Of a DNA stretch of 64,000 nt, positions 28,263-37,842 are shown piece after piece. Both the position numbers and the translations under genes were made by a program. Below the pieces are notes generated by a model. The model saw only the letters and a program-made list of their open reading frames with translations. It had not been told where the DNA came from and searched no databases. Each line of letters begins with the position of its first letter. Position 1 is the first letter of the stretch. Location of the stretch: the NCBI GenBank assembly GCA_027036135.1, contig JALVSY010000007.1, positions 548,880-612,879 of the forward strand, written 5' to 3'. This DNA is from Pyrodictiaceae archaeon (GTDB taxonomy: Archaea; Thermoproteota; Thermoprotei_A; Sulfolobales; Pyrodictiaceae).

Positions 28263-29489
28263 ATGCCTCTCAAACGAGTAGTGTTCCTAATGGGTATCTC
28301 GGGGCTCGACCTAGGCAAGGTACTTGAGCTAGCCCAGGGCCTCGGGGCAGCGACTGCGAAGTACGAGGACTTTGTAGAGGAGGAGTTCAAGGCCCCGATA
28401 TATCATGTCTCGGAGCTACTTCTGGTAAGGTATAGTGGTGTGAGGGATCGGTTCGACAAGGCCTTCGACAAGATGATGGAGTACCTGGAGGCAAGCGGCA
28501 AAGAGGCGGCTGTGGTCGCGGCGCATGCAGCCTATTATCGTAGGAACAACGTTGTCGCGAGCCCGGTCGTGGCAAGGATAGCTATGCTAGCGAGCAGGGG
28601 CCTAGAGGTCTCAGTAATAGACTACGTAGACGACTACTACCACGTATTGTACCGTGTCGCGAAGAGAATAGAGCGCGGCGAGACCCCGGGCGTGGCAGGC
28701 TTCCAGGTCCTGGACCCACTAGGCCTACTCTACTGGAGAAGCACCCATCACAGCATAGCACAGGTACTAACCCTCTTCGGGGCACGCCTCTACCTATACG
28801 CCTCCAAGCACAGCCAGGAGAGCCACCGCCGCCTCCTAGCAATGCTAATAGGCCAGGAATCAGAGACAGGGCCGTACCGCACCGCCTACATATCCCACCC
28901 AATAACCCTTGTGCGCAAGAAGGCGGAGGAGCAGGGAGAGCCACTAGACCGGTTTCCCGACGCGCTCGAGATAGAGGAGTTCAAGAAGAGCCTCGAGAAA
29001 GAGTGCCCAAGCCTAGTACTCTTCTCCCCCACGACCATAGACGAGCTAATAACGAGACCAGGCACAGAGGAGCTAGAAACCAGGATAACCAGGGAGAACC
29101 GCTGGCCCCACGAAGAAAACGGGCTACACGACTACCCCTACCCCGTGGACCTAGGCAGCGAGTTCTTCGACAAATACCTCTACCCGGTGAAGCAGACAAC
29201 GAAGAACCCAGGCTACCTAGCCCAGCTAAGAAGCAGCATAGAAGCAAGCATAGAGAGAAGAGACCTCGGATACGTATCCCAAGCAGACATGATAATAGCC
29301 TACCGCCCAACAATGTACCTAGCAACACACATGGGAGTAGAAACAGAGATCAAAACAGCAATAGCAATGGGCAAACCCGTCTACAGCGTCATGCCACCAG
29401 AGGAGAGAAGCACAGCCTACAAGCTCTTCCGCTTCGAATACCCACTCTACAGCACACAAGAGCTACTAAACATACTAAAATGCAAATAA
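28263..29489 (+). CDS. Nucleotide-kinase-like N-domain fused to a nucleoside 2-deoxyribosyltransferase-like domain
   Basis: LMGISGLDLGK; YISHPIT, RDLGYVSQAD and GVETEIKTAIAMGKPVY motifs. Confidence 0.55.
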   Translation: MPLKRVVFLMGISGLDLGKVLELAQGLGAATAKYEDFVEEEFKAPIYHVSELLLVRYSGVRDRFDKAFDKMMEYLEASGKEAAVVAAHAAYYRRNNVVASPVVARIAMLASRGLEVSVIDYVDDYYHVLYRVAKRIERGETPGVAGFQVLDPLGLLYWRSTHHSIAQVLTLFGARLYLYASKHSQESHRRLLAMLIGQESETGPYRTAYISHPITLVRKKAEEQGEPLDRFPDALEIEEFKKSLEKECPSLVLFSPTTIDELITRPGTEELETRITRENRWPHEENGLHDYPYPVDLGSEFFDKYLYPVKQTTKNPGYLAQLRSSIEASIERRDLGYVSQADMIIAYRPTMYLATHMGVETEIKTAIAMGKPVYSVMPPEERSTAYKLFRFEYPLYSTQELLNILKCK

Positions 29490-29563
29490 ACCCGCATCAA
29501 CACCGCCGAGAAACTAATCACTCACACCCTCTGCCCAGAGAACCCTTTTCCCGGATCCAACGC

Positions 29564-30175
29564 CTAACCAATACTTTCTAAAACCTGCCCCACCCTAACT
29601 ATATTGTCCACGAGCTCGTCACTGAGACCCCTAAACTTCTCCTTACCCTGTATAACCGCCTGTATCTCCTCATGCATCTTGGTAAATACCTCCCCAAGAC
29701 CCTGGAGCACCTCGCCGCTCGGCAGATCCTTGCAACTAAAATTCCCATAACCAATCATGCTGAAATAATACCTCTGGGAAACACGCATAAGATAATCACT
29801 TATCTCGTCGAGAGCAAGTAGTAGGCTCGTTGGCATCTGGTGCCCAGAAGCCTCATAGGCAATGACAAGGCTATCCTCCAAGTGCCTTACATGAATAGAA
29901 TAGATGTAGGGAACATAGTAGCTAAACATAGCCTTACCAGGCTCGGTACGCCTAAGAAGCATGGGACTACAATGATACTGCTCCAGATCAGCCCTAATCA
30001 AGCGAAGAGTATCAGGAAGGTCCCGTAGATATACAAGCTCCCCATCAGCGCTCAGAAGAGCTAAGCGAGATACCCTACCCGAGCGCTCATTACACTTATA
30101 ATAAACAACACCAAGCCCTATAGACAGGGCAACAATAACCAATAAGAACACAAGCACTAAGCGCCTAGAAGTCAA
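29564..30175 (-). CDS. Membrane-anchored hypothetical protein
   Basis: N-terminal TM helix; 203 aa. Confidence 0.65.
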   Translation of the reverse strand: MTSRRLVLVFLLVIVALSIGLGVVYYKCNERSGRVSRLALLSADGELVYLRDLPDTLRLIRADLEQYHCSPMLLRRTEPGKAMFSYYVPYIYSIHVRHLEDSLVIAYEASGHQMPTSLLLALDEISDYLMRVSQRYYFSMIGYGNFSCKDLPSGEVLQGLGEVFTKMHEEIQAVIQGKEKFRGLSDELVDNIVRVGQVLESIG

Positions 30176-30367
30176 GGTGACAAGAACACCCCCTCATTAT
30201 ACAAAGAGCGCAGGGCTCAAATCAAATAGAATACCACGTAGCCCTAAATAGAGTAGAACACCGTTATAACAACTATCCCCGTTACAAGCCCGTACAGCGT
30301 ATCCTCCTTACCCTAGACAAGACCACATAACAAACCTTCACAAAAACACAACACATCACAGAACTGT

Positions 30368-30756
30368 CTAACAATTCTCTATCGAGTTAAGCGACAAGCC
30401 TAGGACACTGCACTTCAGGGTAAGCGGCATCAATGACCTTACAATTCTCTATTGAGTATTTGCGGGAGGAGCGGGGCCCGAGACCCGGCGCCCCGGCCCC
30501 GCCCGACTTTCAGTTCTTACAATTCTCTTTTGAGTTAAGCCAAGTGTTTTTCAAGTTCCTTGTTAATCCGAGGCATGCAGAAAGCGACCTAACTTACAAT
30601 TCTCTTTTGAGTTAAGCTCATCATACCCTACCGCTACGCGACAATATGGGCCAAGGAAGCCACTTACAATTCTCTTTTGAGTATTGCTAGGATTAGCACG
30701 TATACCAAAGAATCTCTCAACTATATTAGCTCTTACAATTCTCTTTTGAGTATTGC
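30368..30756 (-). CRISPR. CRISPR array: 6 repeats of 25 bp, 5 spacers of 44-53 bp
   Basis: Repeats at 30368, 30438, 30516, 30593, 30663 and 30732; + strand CTTACAATTCTCTTTTGAGT(TAAGC/ATTGC); most degenerate copy at the left (trailer) end. Confidence 0.93.
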
Positions 30757-31018
30757 TGGTATGGTTTCCTTTTGGATCCGAATAGTAACTGGTTTGAGGC
30801 AATTATTTATGCTTGCCGGAACAACTCTAATTCCTATACAATAAGTGCTCCGAGGCCCTGGGGGCTGTTCCCATGGATTCGCATGGATTCGAATCGTTGT
30901 TCCCAAGAACAAATTCAACTCCACCCACGATGTGTTCCCAAGGGAACCGAAAGAGGAGTTTAAAGAGCAAGAGGATTAGGGCAAACAAGTAATCGGAGAG
31001 AAAGGCGAAGGTTTTTTG
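30757..31018 (-). promoter_or_regulatory. Probable CRISPR leader
   Basis: AT-richer non-coding stretch next to the best-conserved repeat. Confidence 0.55.
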
Positions 31019-32242
31019 CTATGTTTGTGCTGTTTGTCTCTCTTTGTTTGCTTGTGGCGGGGTTGGTGCAGGGGGTGTTGGTTGTGGTGTGTAGGGCGGG
31101 TATTGTGGGTATGGTGGTGGGTACGAGGGGTATTGTGTCTGTGGTTGTTGTGTTGTTTGTGGATATTGTGGTGGTGCTTGGTGTATTGGCTGGGTGTTTT
31201 GCTGGGGGGTTGGCTGTATTGGTTGCTGTGCTGGGTACGGGTTGTAGGTTGGTGCTGGGTAGGGGTATAGTGGCGGGGTTGGCGCAGGGTACATGGGGTA
31301 CTGTGGCTGCTGCGCGGGGGCTGCGAAGGCTCTCTGGTAGGCGGTTCTTATGTCCTCGTCTAGTAGGTGGAGGTAGATCTGTGTTACTTTGATGTCGTGG
31401 TGGCCTAGTAGGCGCTGGACTGCTGGTAGAGGGATGCCGCGTCTCAATGCCTCGGTTGCGAAGGTGTGTCTTAGTACGTGTGGTCTTACTTTTCGTGGGT
31501 CTATTCCTGCTCTCTTGGCTAGTGTCTTGAGGCGCTTGTAGAGCGCGCTGTAGCTTATCCCAAGCAGGTTGTCGTCTGGGCCTAGGCCGGGGTTCCTTGC
31601 TAGCCATGCCTCGAGGGCTTGCTGGGTAAGTGCTCCGTAGTAAACGGTTCTCTCCTCGCCGTACTTCGCGTTCCTTACCCTTATCTCGCGCCTGGCCGGG
31701 TCTATGTCTCGTAGCCGTAGCGAGACCGCCTCCTGTGCTCGTAGCCCCGTCTCGAACAATAGGGCAACTATTAGGAGGTCTAGGGGGTCCCTTGCAGCTG
31801 CTACTAGGCGCTCTACCTCCTCTGGGCGAAGAGCCTCCACTCTCGTGTTTCTGGGCTTCTTTACAACGGGTACCCGGACTCCTAGGCCTAGCCACTCGAA
31901 GAACCCGCGGAGGAATAGTGTGTAGTAGTGCATTGTTACTTGTCGCTCCCTCCTCTCCTCGAAGAAGTCCCTCTTCTTCGTCCTCGGTCTCTTTACCCCG
32001 TTGCTCAGCCTGTCATATATCCACGCGGCGACGTCGCTGTCGCTAACCTCTCTCAGAGGCTTACCGCCTATATAGGAGAGGAAATCAGTTATGGCTGCAC
32101 GGTAAGCCTTAATCGTCTTAGGGCTAGCGCCCCCAGCTGCTAGCGCGGCTAGGAATGCCTCAAGGATCTCACTGTTGCTCCTCTTCAGGATATCCCGTGG
32201 AGGCGGTGGTAGCTCGAAGCGAACCAATGCACCTACTCCCAA
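31019..32242 (-). CDS. xerA: XerA-like tyrosine recombinase with a P/Q/Y-rich C-terminal tail
   Basis: SAM-like N-domain, TGLRAQE, AKYG, HVLRHTFAT and LLGH..VTQIY motifs. Confidence 0.88.
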   Translation of the reverse strand: MGVGALVRFELPPPPRDILKRSNSEILEAFLAALAAGGASPKTIKAYRAAITDFLSYIGGKPLREVSDSDVAAWIYDRLSNGVKRPRTKKRDFFEERRERQVTMHYYTLFLRGFFEWLGLGVRVPVVKKPRNTRVEALRPEEVERLVAAARDPLDLLIVALLFETGLRAQEAVSLRLRDIDPARREIRVRNAKYGEERTVYYGALTQQALEAWLARNPGLGPDDNLLGISYSALYKRLKTLAKRAGIDPRKVRPHVLRHTFATEALRRGIPLPAVQRLLGHHDIKVTQIYLHLLDEDIRTAYQRAFAAPAQQPQYPMYPAPTPPLYPYPAPTYNPYPAQQPIQPTPQQNTQPIHQAPPQYPQTTQQPQTQYPSYPPPYPQYPPYTPQPTPPAPTPPQANKERQTAQT

Positions 32243-32318
32243 GAATTATAATAAGATAGCGGGGTAGGCAAGAGGCCTGGGACGCCTAATATACCAGGGT
32301 AATACTCTTCCCATAGAC

Positions 32319-32771
32319 CTAGGCTAGACGGATGAGCCTAGATCTTCTCCGGTACCGCTCGAACTCCCCGTAGCCCACCACGTGTATATCGAAGGGGTAG
32401 TGTGCTAGCCCTATCTTCTCAAGCTCCTCCCATACCTTGGCGAGTACCTGGATCCGCTTCTCTGGCGCGATGCTCTCCTCGGGGAACACGACTAGGATGT
32501 CTATGTCGCTTAGCACTGTTAAGCGGTTCTCAGCAGCTCCCCCGAATAGGTAGACCTGGGCACTGGGGTAGAGTCTCCTGAGTATTTCTACGAGCTTGTT
32601 AACGGCTTGTCTCCACTCGCTGAGGAGCTGGAGCCTTGTCCTAGAATTCTCCCCAGTAGTTCCTCTAGGGCTTTGAGAACTCGGTGAGCGGTGTCTAGGA
32701 CTAGGCTTGCCCCCTTCTCGTTGTACTCTATGGACCCGTATGCCGCGCGTATATGTGCTTCGCTCAGCCAT
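32319..32771 (-). CDS. Minimal nucleotidyltransferase (MNT antitoxin); true start probably downstream of 32771
   Basis: VYLFGG..SDIDILVV and FDIHVV motifs. Confidence 0.8.
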   Translation of the reverse strand: MAERSTYTRGIRVHRVQREGGKPSPRHRSPSSQSPRGTTGENSRTRLQLLSEWRQAVNKLVEILRRLYPSAQVYLFGGAAENRLTVLSDIDILVVFPEESIAPEKRIQVLAKVWEELEKIGLAHYPFDIHVVGYGEFERYRRRSRLIRLA

Positions 32772-33056
32772 GTTAATGCTGTCCTGTTGCGCCTAACGAA
32801 CTCTGCTAGCCGCTCAGCCTCCTCGCGGAGGCCTTGCTCGATGAGAGGATACTAGGAGGCCGAGTAATCCGGGTATATCGTGTCCATGTACCTCCTCGCC
32901 AAGGATGCGGTAAAGCACGGAGCTTGTTGCCAGCTGGGCAGCGTACTCGGCCTCGCGTGCACAGGTATCATAGTCTCTCTCGGCGCAGGCCTCCTCGGCC
33001 CAGCGCAGAGCGTTCTGAGCACGTCTCCACAGCAGTGCTGCGTATTCCCCGCTCAT
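32588..33056 (-). pseudogene. HEPN-domain protein, frameshifted
   Basis: AEYAAQLA..HGHDI, then a shift near 32845; the other frame continues LIEQGLREE..LSEAHIRAAYG to stop 32588. Confidence 0.75.
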
Positions 33057-33088
33057 AGCAGAGCACCTCCCCCTAGTAGCAGGGATGA

Positions 33089-33823
33089 CTAGCCCTGAGC
33101 TTGCTCGACGAGTAGCTCCTCTGCCTTCCTCTCTTCTTGCTTCTTCTCCTTCTTGGAGCGCTCCGCTAGCTTCATCACTATTCCTATGAAGCGTAGAGGG
33201 TCTATCGAGACTACGCCGAGTGTCTCCGCGAACCTCCTCGCTCCCTCATCGTTGCTCACGAGTATTGCTTGGAGCTCCACGGCTAGGAGAACAGCGTCCA
33301 AGTCCTCGACGCTATCCAGTACCCCGTGCCTTGTGGCTTGGCGGTAGCGCTCGCGAAGCCCCCTTATCAGAGTGCCTAGCTTCTCGTTCCTCTCCTCCCT
33401 GCTCATAGTCTCCCGGGGATACATGCCCCCCATCTCGAAGGCGCGGCGGACATGCTCCTCCGCCACCCTTAGGCCCTTGGTTAGCCTCGTCCTCATCTCC
33501 TCAACGTAGTCCCTTATCACGCTAGCAGGTATCCTTATCTCGTGCCTCGCAGGCGGCTTAATCGTTATCCACGTAGCTAGCTCCTCGAAGGAGCGGAGAC
33601 TAACACCGTTGGAGAGGAGGAAGCGACGAGCCTCCTCATAGACACTAGGCGGCATATATACCTCGAGGCCGTAGCCGAGACGAGCCTCGGCCACTAGCTC
33701 TGCTAGCCTCCTAATAGCTTCGTCGATGTCACGGGCCCCGAGCACCCCCCTTATACGGGGATCGGTGAGAGCACTAGTATCGAGCACATAGACCCTCAAC
33801 ACTCTCTGTAAGCGCTTCTCCAC
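33089..33823 (-). CDS. HARP RNA-free RNase P (PIN-like, MJ0950/RNA ligase partner family)
   Basis: VLDTSALTDP, GLRVAE, GVLDSVEDLD and SNDEG motifs. Confidence 0.88.
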   Translation of the reverse strand: MEKRLQRVLRVYVLDTSALTDPRIRGVLGARDIDEAIRRLAELVAEARLGYGLEVYMPPSVYEEARRFLLSNGVSLRSFEELATWITIKPPARHEIRIPASVIRDYVEEMRTRLTKGLRVAEEHVRRAFEMGGMYPRETMSREERNEKLGTLIRGLRERYRQATRHGVLDSVEDLDAVLLAVELQAILVSNDEGARRFAETLGVVSIDPLRFIGIVMKLAERSKKEKKQEERKAEELLVEQAQG

Positions 33824-34101
33824 CGTGCATCACCTCCCTCTTAGCAATGCTTCCCCGGGCCCAAGGGGTGCCTCGGGGCCCCCTTGCCCCGCCTCGTGGA
33901 GGGATGCCCTCTCCGTGCACAGAGCCATTTGCGCTGAATAGCTCTACCTAGTTATTTCTCCGAGGATGCGCGGAGAGTCTCCATAGTAATTGTTCTAGCC
34001 TTCTCGCTGAAAATAATATTTTCCTAGACGAGGCGCCACATATACGAGGCACTAGCCAGGCTTTATCGTGAGTGGCTCCTGGTCTCGGCGGGGGGTAGTC
34101 T

Positions 34102-34740
34102 TTGTTGAGTAGCGCTGATGAAGTAAGGGTTCCTGGGCTTGAGCCGGGGCTGGTCTCGGCGGCGGTCACTGTCTGGGGCTTGTTGTTCTTTGTCTCGCTG
34201 TTCAGCCTGGGTCTCTTCCTCAGTGATCCTGGCTCCTGGCTTGGCTTCGCTGCGAGGTATTGGTTTGCTGCGGCTGTGCTTTCAGGGGCTAGCACTTTCG
34301 CCGTGGGGCGCTTGCTCGCCGACTACTACTCCGAGGCCCTGCTAGTAGCGGAGGAGTATGCGCCAGGGCTCCAGCCTAGCTGCAAGGAGCCACGCGTATA
34401 CGACGCGGCCGCTGATGTCGCGCAGGCTGTGGCTGGGCTAGAGCAGCTCTCCTCGCTATGGCCGCTTGCAGCTGCTAGCTTTGGGCTTCTAGGCCTCTAT
34501 AGCGGTGTCCTCCTCTACTACCTTGTGCGCCTAGCTACTAGGGGGCTAAGGGGCCTCGGCTACAGCGTCTCCGACGAGGCCCCGGCCACGAGGAGCATCG
34601 CTGCCCTCGCTGTAGCAACCCTTGGTGTAGGACTATTAGTTGGAGCTTACTACGTCTCACGCATCCTCAGCGACACTGTTACGAGTGTTAGGAGCCTCGT
34701 CGAGGAGGCTGAGACTACTTGGATACCAAGTGTAGATTAG
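34102..34740 (+). CDS. Membrane hypothetical protein
   Basis: About 4 hydrophobic segments. Confidence 0.6.
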   Translation: MLSSADEVRVPGLEPGLVSAAVTVWGLLFFVSLFSLGLFLSDPGSWLGFAARYWFAAAVLSGASTFAVGRLLADYYSEALLVAEEYAPGLQPSCKEPRVYDAAADVAQAVAGLEQLSSLWPLAAASFGLLGLYSGVLLYYLVRLATRGLRGLGYSVSDEAPATRSIAALAVATLGVGLLVGAYYVSRILSDTVTSVRSLVEEAETTWIPSVD

Positions 34741-34937
34741 TCATAGCAATGGTTGTACTCGGCTACATTGCTTACGTTGTTGCGTTGTTCTCTCCAAGGC
34801 TCGGAGACTATGTCGCGAAGGCCTCCTTAGCGGTACTAGTCGGTATCCTAGCCTACCTATACGCAAGGTACAGGGCAGCACAGTGTAGCAGGGTAAGGGG
34901 CGGGGGAGAGGAGATAACGCGTACACCGGTGGGCTAA
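34719..34937 (+). CDS. Small membrane protein
   Basis: 2 TM helices; overlaps the upstream gene; GGAGG upstream. Confidence 0.5.
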   Translation: MDTKCRLVIAMVVLGYIAYVVALFSPRLGDYVAKASLAVLVGILAYLYARYRAAQCSRVRGGGEEITRTPVG

Positions 34938-36106
34938 TCTATCGGGGTCAGTCCCGTCTCTAGTATCTTCCTGACCTCTATCCACGTATCCTTGGGCTTC
35001 TTTATCCTCGCCCTTAGGTAGCCGTTTTCCTCCCAGGTCTTCTCCACTATGAGGTCTATGCCGAGGCTCGCCATGTAGTCCAGGAACTCGTTCAGTTCAT
35101 CAGCGTTGGCGAACTCTAGCTCAAACTCCTCCGCAACCATCTCGCCCCTCGCGATCTGCTTAACGGTCTCTATAGCTGGCCTTAGTATCGCTGAGCCGAG
35201 CTCCAGGGCTAGGCTATCAAGCTTGGGGCCCTCCAAGCCCTCCTCATAGGCCCGGAATATCTCGCGGAGTATCCTTGAGAAGAGGAAGCTCCTCCCCTCC
35301 TCCATGAAGAACCTCATGCCTATCCGCAAATCCCCTATATTGGTGGCAGGCGTCGTGTACTTCAATGGATTCACCCTGTACTCCGGGTCCTTGAGCACCA
35401 CTCCCTCTCTCCCCTCTCGGTGAAGCTTAGCGATGATGCCGCGTATCTCGTCAACATTATCCTTATCCACTATGCCTAGGACGGGTACATGTGGCACACC
35501 GTGCTTCTCCGTAACCTCGTCTCTCCGCCTCGGAGGCAGGGGCTTGCCTTCACGGAACACGTCGAACACGAAGTAACCGAACCTGGGCGCCTCGGGGTAG
35601 AAGTACCTCGTATACGGATTCTCTAGCCCAATAACCTCTCCTGCTAAGTAGTGCTCCTCTGGCCCAAGCTCCCTCAGCGCCTCTCTTAGCTTGGGGCCTA
35701 GGAGCCTATTCAGCCTAGCAGTAGTATAGGGGCATATGAGGCCCCCACGAGTAATAGCCACTACCCGGTCATCTATGAGGGCGACTCTCACGTTGTACCC
35801 ATTAAGCTTCTCCTCAACAACAACCCTGTCTATGAAGTGCCTCGGCACAGCTACGCGGAGCAATACAGCCCTCTGTATAGGCGGGTAGCCATGGATAACC
35901 CTGCTCCAGTCACGCCCAAAGATAACCACGGTTCCCTCAGGGTAGCCAGCAAGCTCTCTACGCAGAGAAGCATAGAGCAAGCCACGGTAGCCCCGGATCC
36001 GGATAACCCTACTCCTAACAAGCCCCTCAACGCGCTCCCGGTCAAGGCCAAGACTATCAGCAATAACATCCAGCATCCAGGGCTCCGGGCCAAACTGCTC
36101 AGCCAA
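34934..36106 (-). CDS. ATP-dependent RNA ligase (Rnl3/Pab1020 family)
   Basis: EEKLNGYNVR, TRGG, GE, EGVVLK and KY motifs. Confidence 0.92.
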   Translation of the reverse strand: MAEQFGPEPWMLDVIADSLGLDRERVEGLVRSRVIRIRGYRGLLYASLRRELAGYPEGTVVIFGRDWSRVIHGYPPIQRAVLLRVAVPRHFIDRVVVEEKLNGYNVRVALIDDRVVAITRGGLICPYTTARLNRLLGPKLREALRELGPEEHYLAGEVIGLENPYTRYFYPEAPRFGYFVFDVFREGKPLPPRRRDEVTEKHGVPHVPVLGIVDKDNVDEIRGIIAKLHREGREGVVLKDPEYRVNPLKYTTPATNIGDLRIGMRFFMEEGRSFLFSRILREIFRAYEEGLEGPKLDSLALELGSAILRPAIETVKQIARGEMVAEEFELEFANADELNEFLDYMASLGIDLIVEKTWEENGYLRARIKKPKDTWIEVRKILETGLTPID

Positions 36107-36257
36107 CCTTCCAGCACCCAGAATAAAGCAATACTATGAAAGCCATTATACAAAGATGACCCCTATTTTTACATTAGCTCTTGTGCATTCCGCTAATGCC
36201 GGTGCCGATGAGAGAACGTGATTTTATACATTCACGTAATACAATGACGTATTCTAG

Positions 36258-36533
36258 GTGCTGGCTAGGATGGCTAGAGTAGTGCCACTACGCCTCAGCA
36301 AGGAAGTCCTTGAAACTATAGATATGTTGATAGAGCTTGGAGTCTTTAGTTCACGAAGCGAGGCACTAAGAGAACTCATTGAGGCAGGACTAGATAGTTA
36401 CAAGAGCATCGCTAGAATAGCTAAAGCAGTAGAAAAGCTATTCGAGCTGGAGAAAGAAAAGGGAGATATCCCCATAAAGCTGAATGGTGCCCTAAAACAA
36501 CTCCTTGAGGGAGGGGAGGCCTATAGGCCTTGA
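36258..36533 (+). CDS. Ribbon-helix-helix antitoxin
   Basis: VPLRL..IDMLIELGVFSSRSEALRELI. Confidence 0.8.
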   Translation: MLARMARVVPLRLSKEVLETIDMLIELGVFSSRSEALRELIEAGLDSYKSIARIAKAVEKLFELEKEKGDIPIKLNGALKQLLEGGEAYRP

Positions 36534-37002
36534 GCTATGTTGATACTAGTGTCATAGTTGCAGCGCTTGACCAGCTAGATTCAAGTCGTCAACAAGCTCG
36601 CGCTCTCCTCGAGAAAGGTGAGTACAAGGTCGTATCGGAACCAGTTATCGCTGAGCTAGCAAGCGTGTTGTCAAGGAGACACGGGATGGTATCGGATATG
36701 GCTAAGGAGCTAGGCTTGTTGCCTGGAGAAGCCGTAATAGCGCTGCTGATTTATGTGCTTAGAAGGTTTAGTTTAAGATACAAAAGTATAGAGGAATATG
36801 CAAGGTTTCCCTCTATAGGTAGAATGCATAGAGCGGTACTAACTGCTGCAACACTAGCGCCAGTCTTGGGCTCAGGACACTAGACATGTTACACGTCGCA
36901 TATACGAAAACCCTAAAGGAGGATGGAGAGCCATTATCAAGGATAATTACTGCTGATAGAGGCTTTGAAAAAGCACGAGATAATCTGCTAAACTTGGCCT
37001 AG
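36530..37002 (+). pseudogene. PIN toxin, frameshifted
   Basis: YVDTSVIV; shift near 36868; the other frame gives LRTLDMLHVAY..ITADRGF. Confidence 0.78.
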
Positions 37003-37015
37003 AACTAGTCGTGAT

Positions 37016-37327
37016 TTAGAGAATTGTCTTGTATCTTTTCCTCCCCAGTCTCCCCACTAATGCTTCGTACTCTTTTCTGCGAAGCACCGTGACTATCTCG
37101 GCGTAGCTTACCCGGTTAGCCACCACTACCGCTACGTCGTTACTTCCTAGGACTAGGTAGACATCGTTGCCCCTATCGTAGAGTATTTGTAGGGGCTCGC
37201 GGAGAGCCTCCTCAACCTCAGCATGGCTTATACCTCTCTCCCTCATCCTCTCCTCGGCGTGCCTTGTATAGACTAGTCTCCGCCACGTATACCCAAGCCA
37301 CCCGGGCTCCAAGGAGAAACCTACCAC
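37016..37327 (-). CDS. DUF4258 (BrnT/RelE-like) protein
   Basis: YTRHAEERMRERGIS..IVTV. Confidence 0.8.
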   Translation of the reverse strand: MVGFSLEPGWLGYTWRRLVYTRHAEERMRERGISHAEVEEALREPLQILYDRGNDVYLVLGSNDVAVVVANRVSYAEIVTVLRRKEYEALVGRLGRKRYKTIL

Positions 37328-37791
37328 CCAAGTGGGGACACGAATATAGCTATGAGGGCGAGGAGGGACAAGACCTCAATAACCATGTTTGCTAACCGGT
37401 TATTGGAGCGTAGCTTCGCCAACCTATAGTACTTTTTGCTAAACGGGTAAAGAAGAGCCACACCCCGCACAGTCAATGCGTCGAGAAACAAGTGGCCGAG
37501 GAAACCAGCAACAAAGCTAGCTCCTACGAGCACTCCGAGGCCCTGAGAGTAAAGGGAAGCAACATAGTAGGCCAAGAGCCCCAGCAATACACAGGCAAAG
37601 AGGTTATGGAGAGCAGCCCTATGCCTATAGCCGAGGTCGAGGTCGGGAAAGACACCCGCAACAATAGCCACTACAAGGCCAACATAGACACTGCTCACAG
37701 TGCCGGCCAAGAGCTTAGCCACTAGCACCCCAAGCATAGCAGAGAAAGCAACATGAGCCCTACGCTGCACGCCCCGGACCCCTGTCTCCAA
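37321..37791 (-). CDS. YdjM-like membrane metal-dependent hydrolase
   Basis: PDLD, HR..LH and GHLFLDALT..GV.LLYP motifs. Confidence 0.85.
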   Translation of the reverse strand: METGVRGVQRRAHVAFSAMLGVLVAKLLAGTVSSVYVGLVVAIVAGVFPDLDLGYRHRAALHNLFACVLLGLLAYYVASLYSQGLGVLVGASFVAGFLGHLFLDALTVRGVALLYPFSKKYYRLAKLRSNNRLANMVIEVLSLLALIAIFVSPLGW

Positions 37792-37842
37792 GAGTATAGT
37801 GCTGGACTAGCCAGGGAGCACTACTAGAGCGGTGCATCAGTC

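Noticed and set aside
30433-30963. Small ORFs across the CRISPR array and leader
   Set aside because: They are translations of repeats and spacers.
30960-31895. 311-aa minus-strand ORF and hydrophobic plus-strand ORFs over the xerA tail
   Set aside because: Shadow frames of low-complexity xerA sequence with no motifs.
31019-32242. Recombinase as the integrase of a CRISPR-carrying mobile element
   Set aside because: It looks like chromosomal XerA, and no att repeats, replication genes or dif site were recognised nearby.
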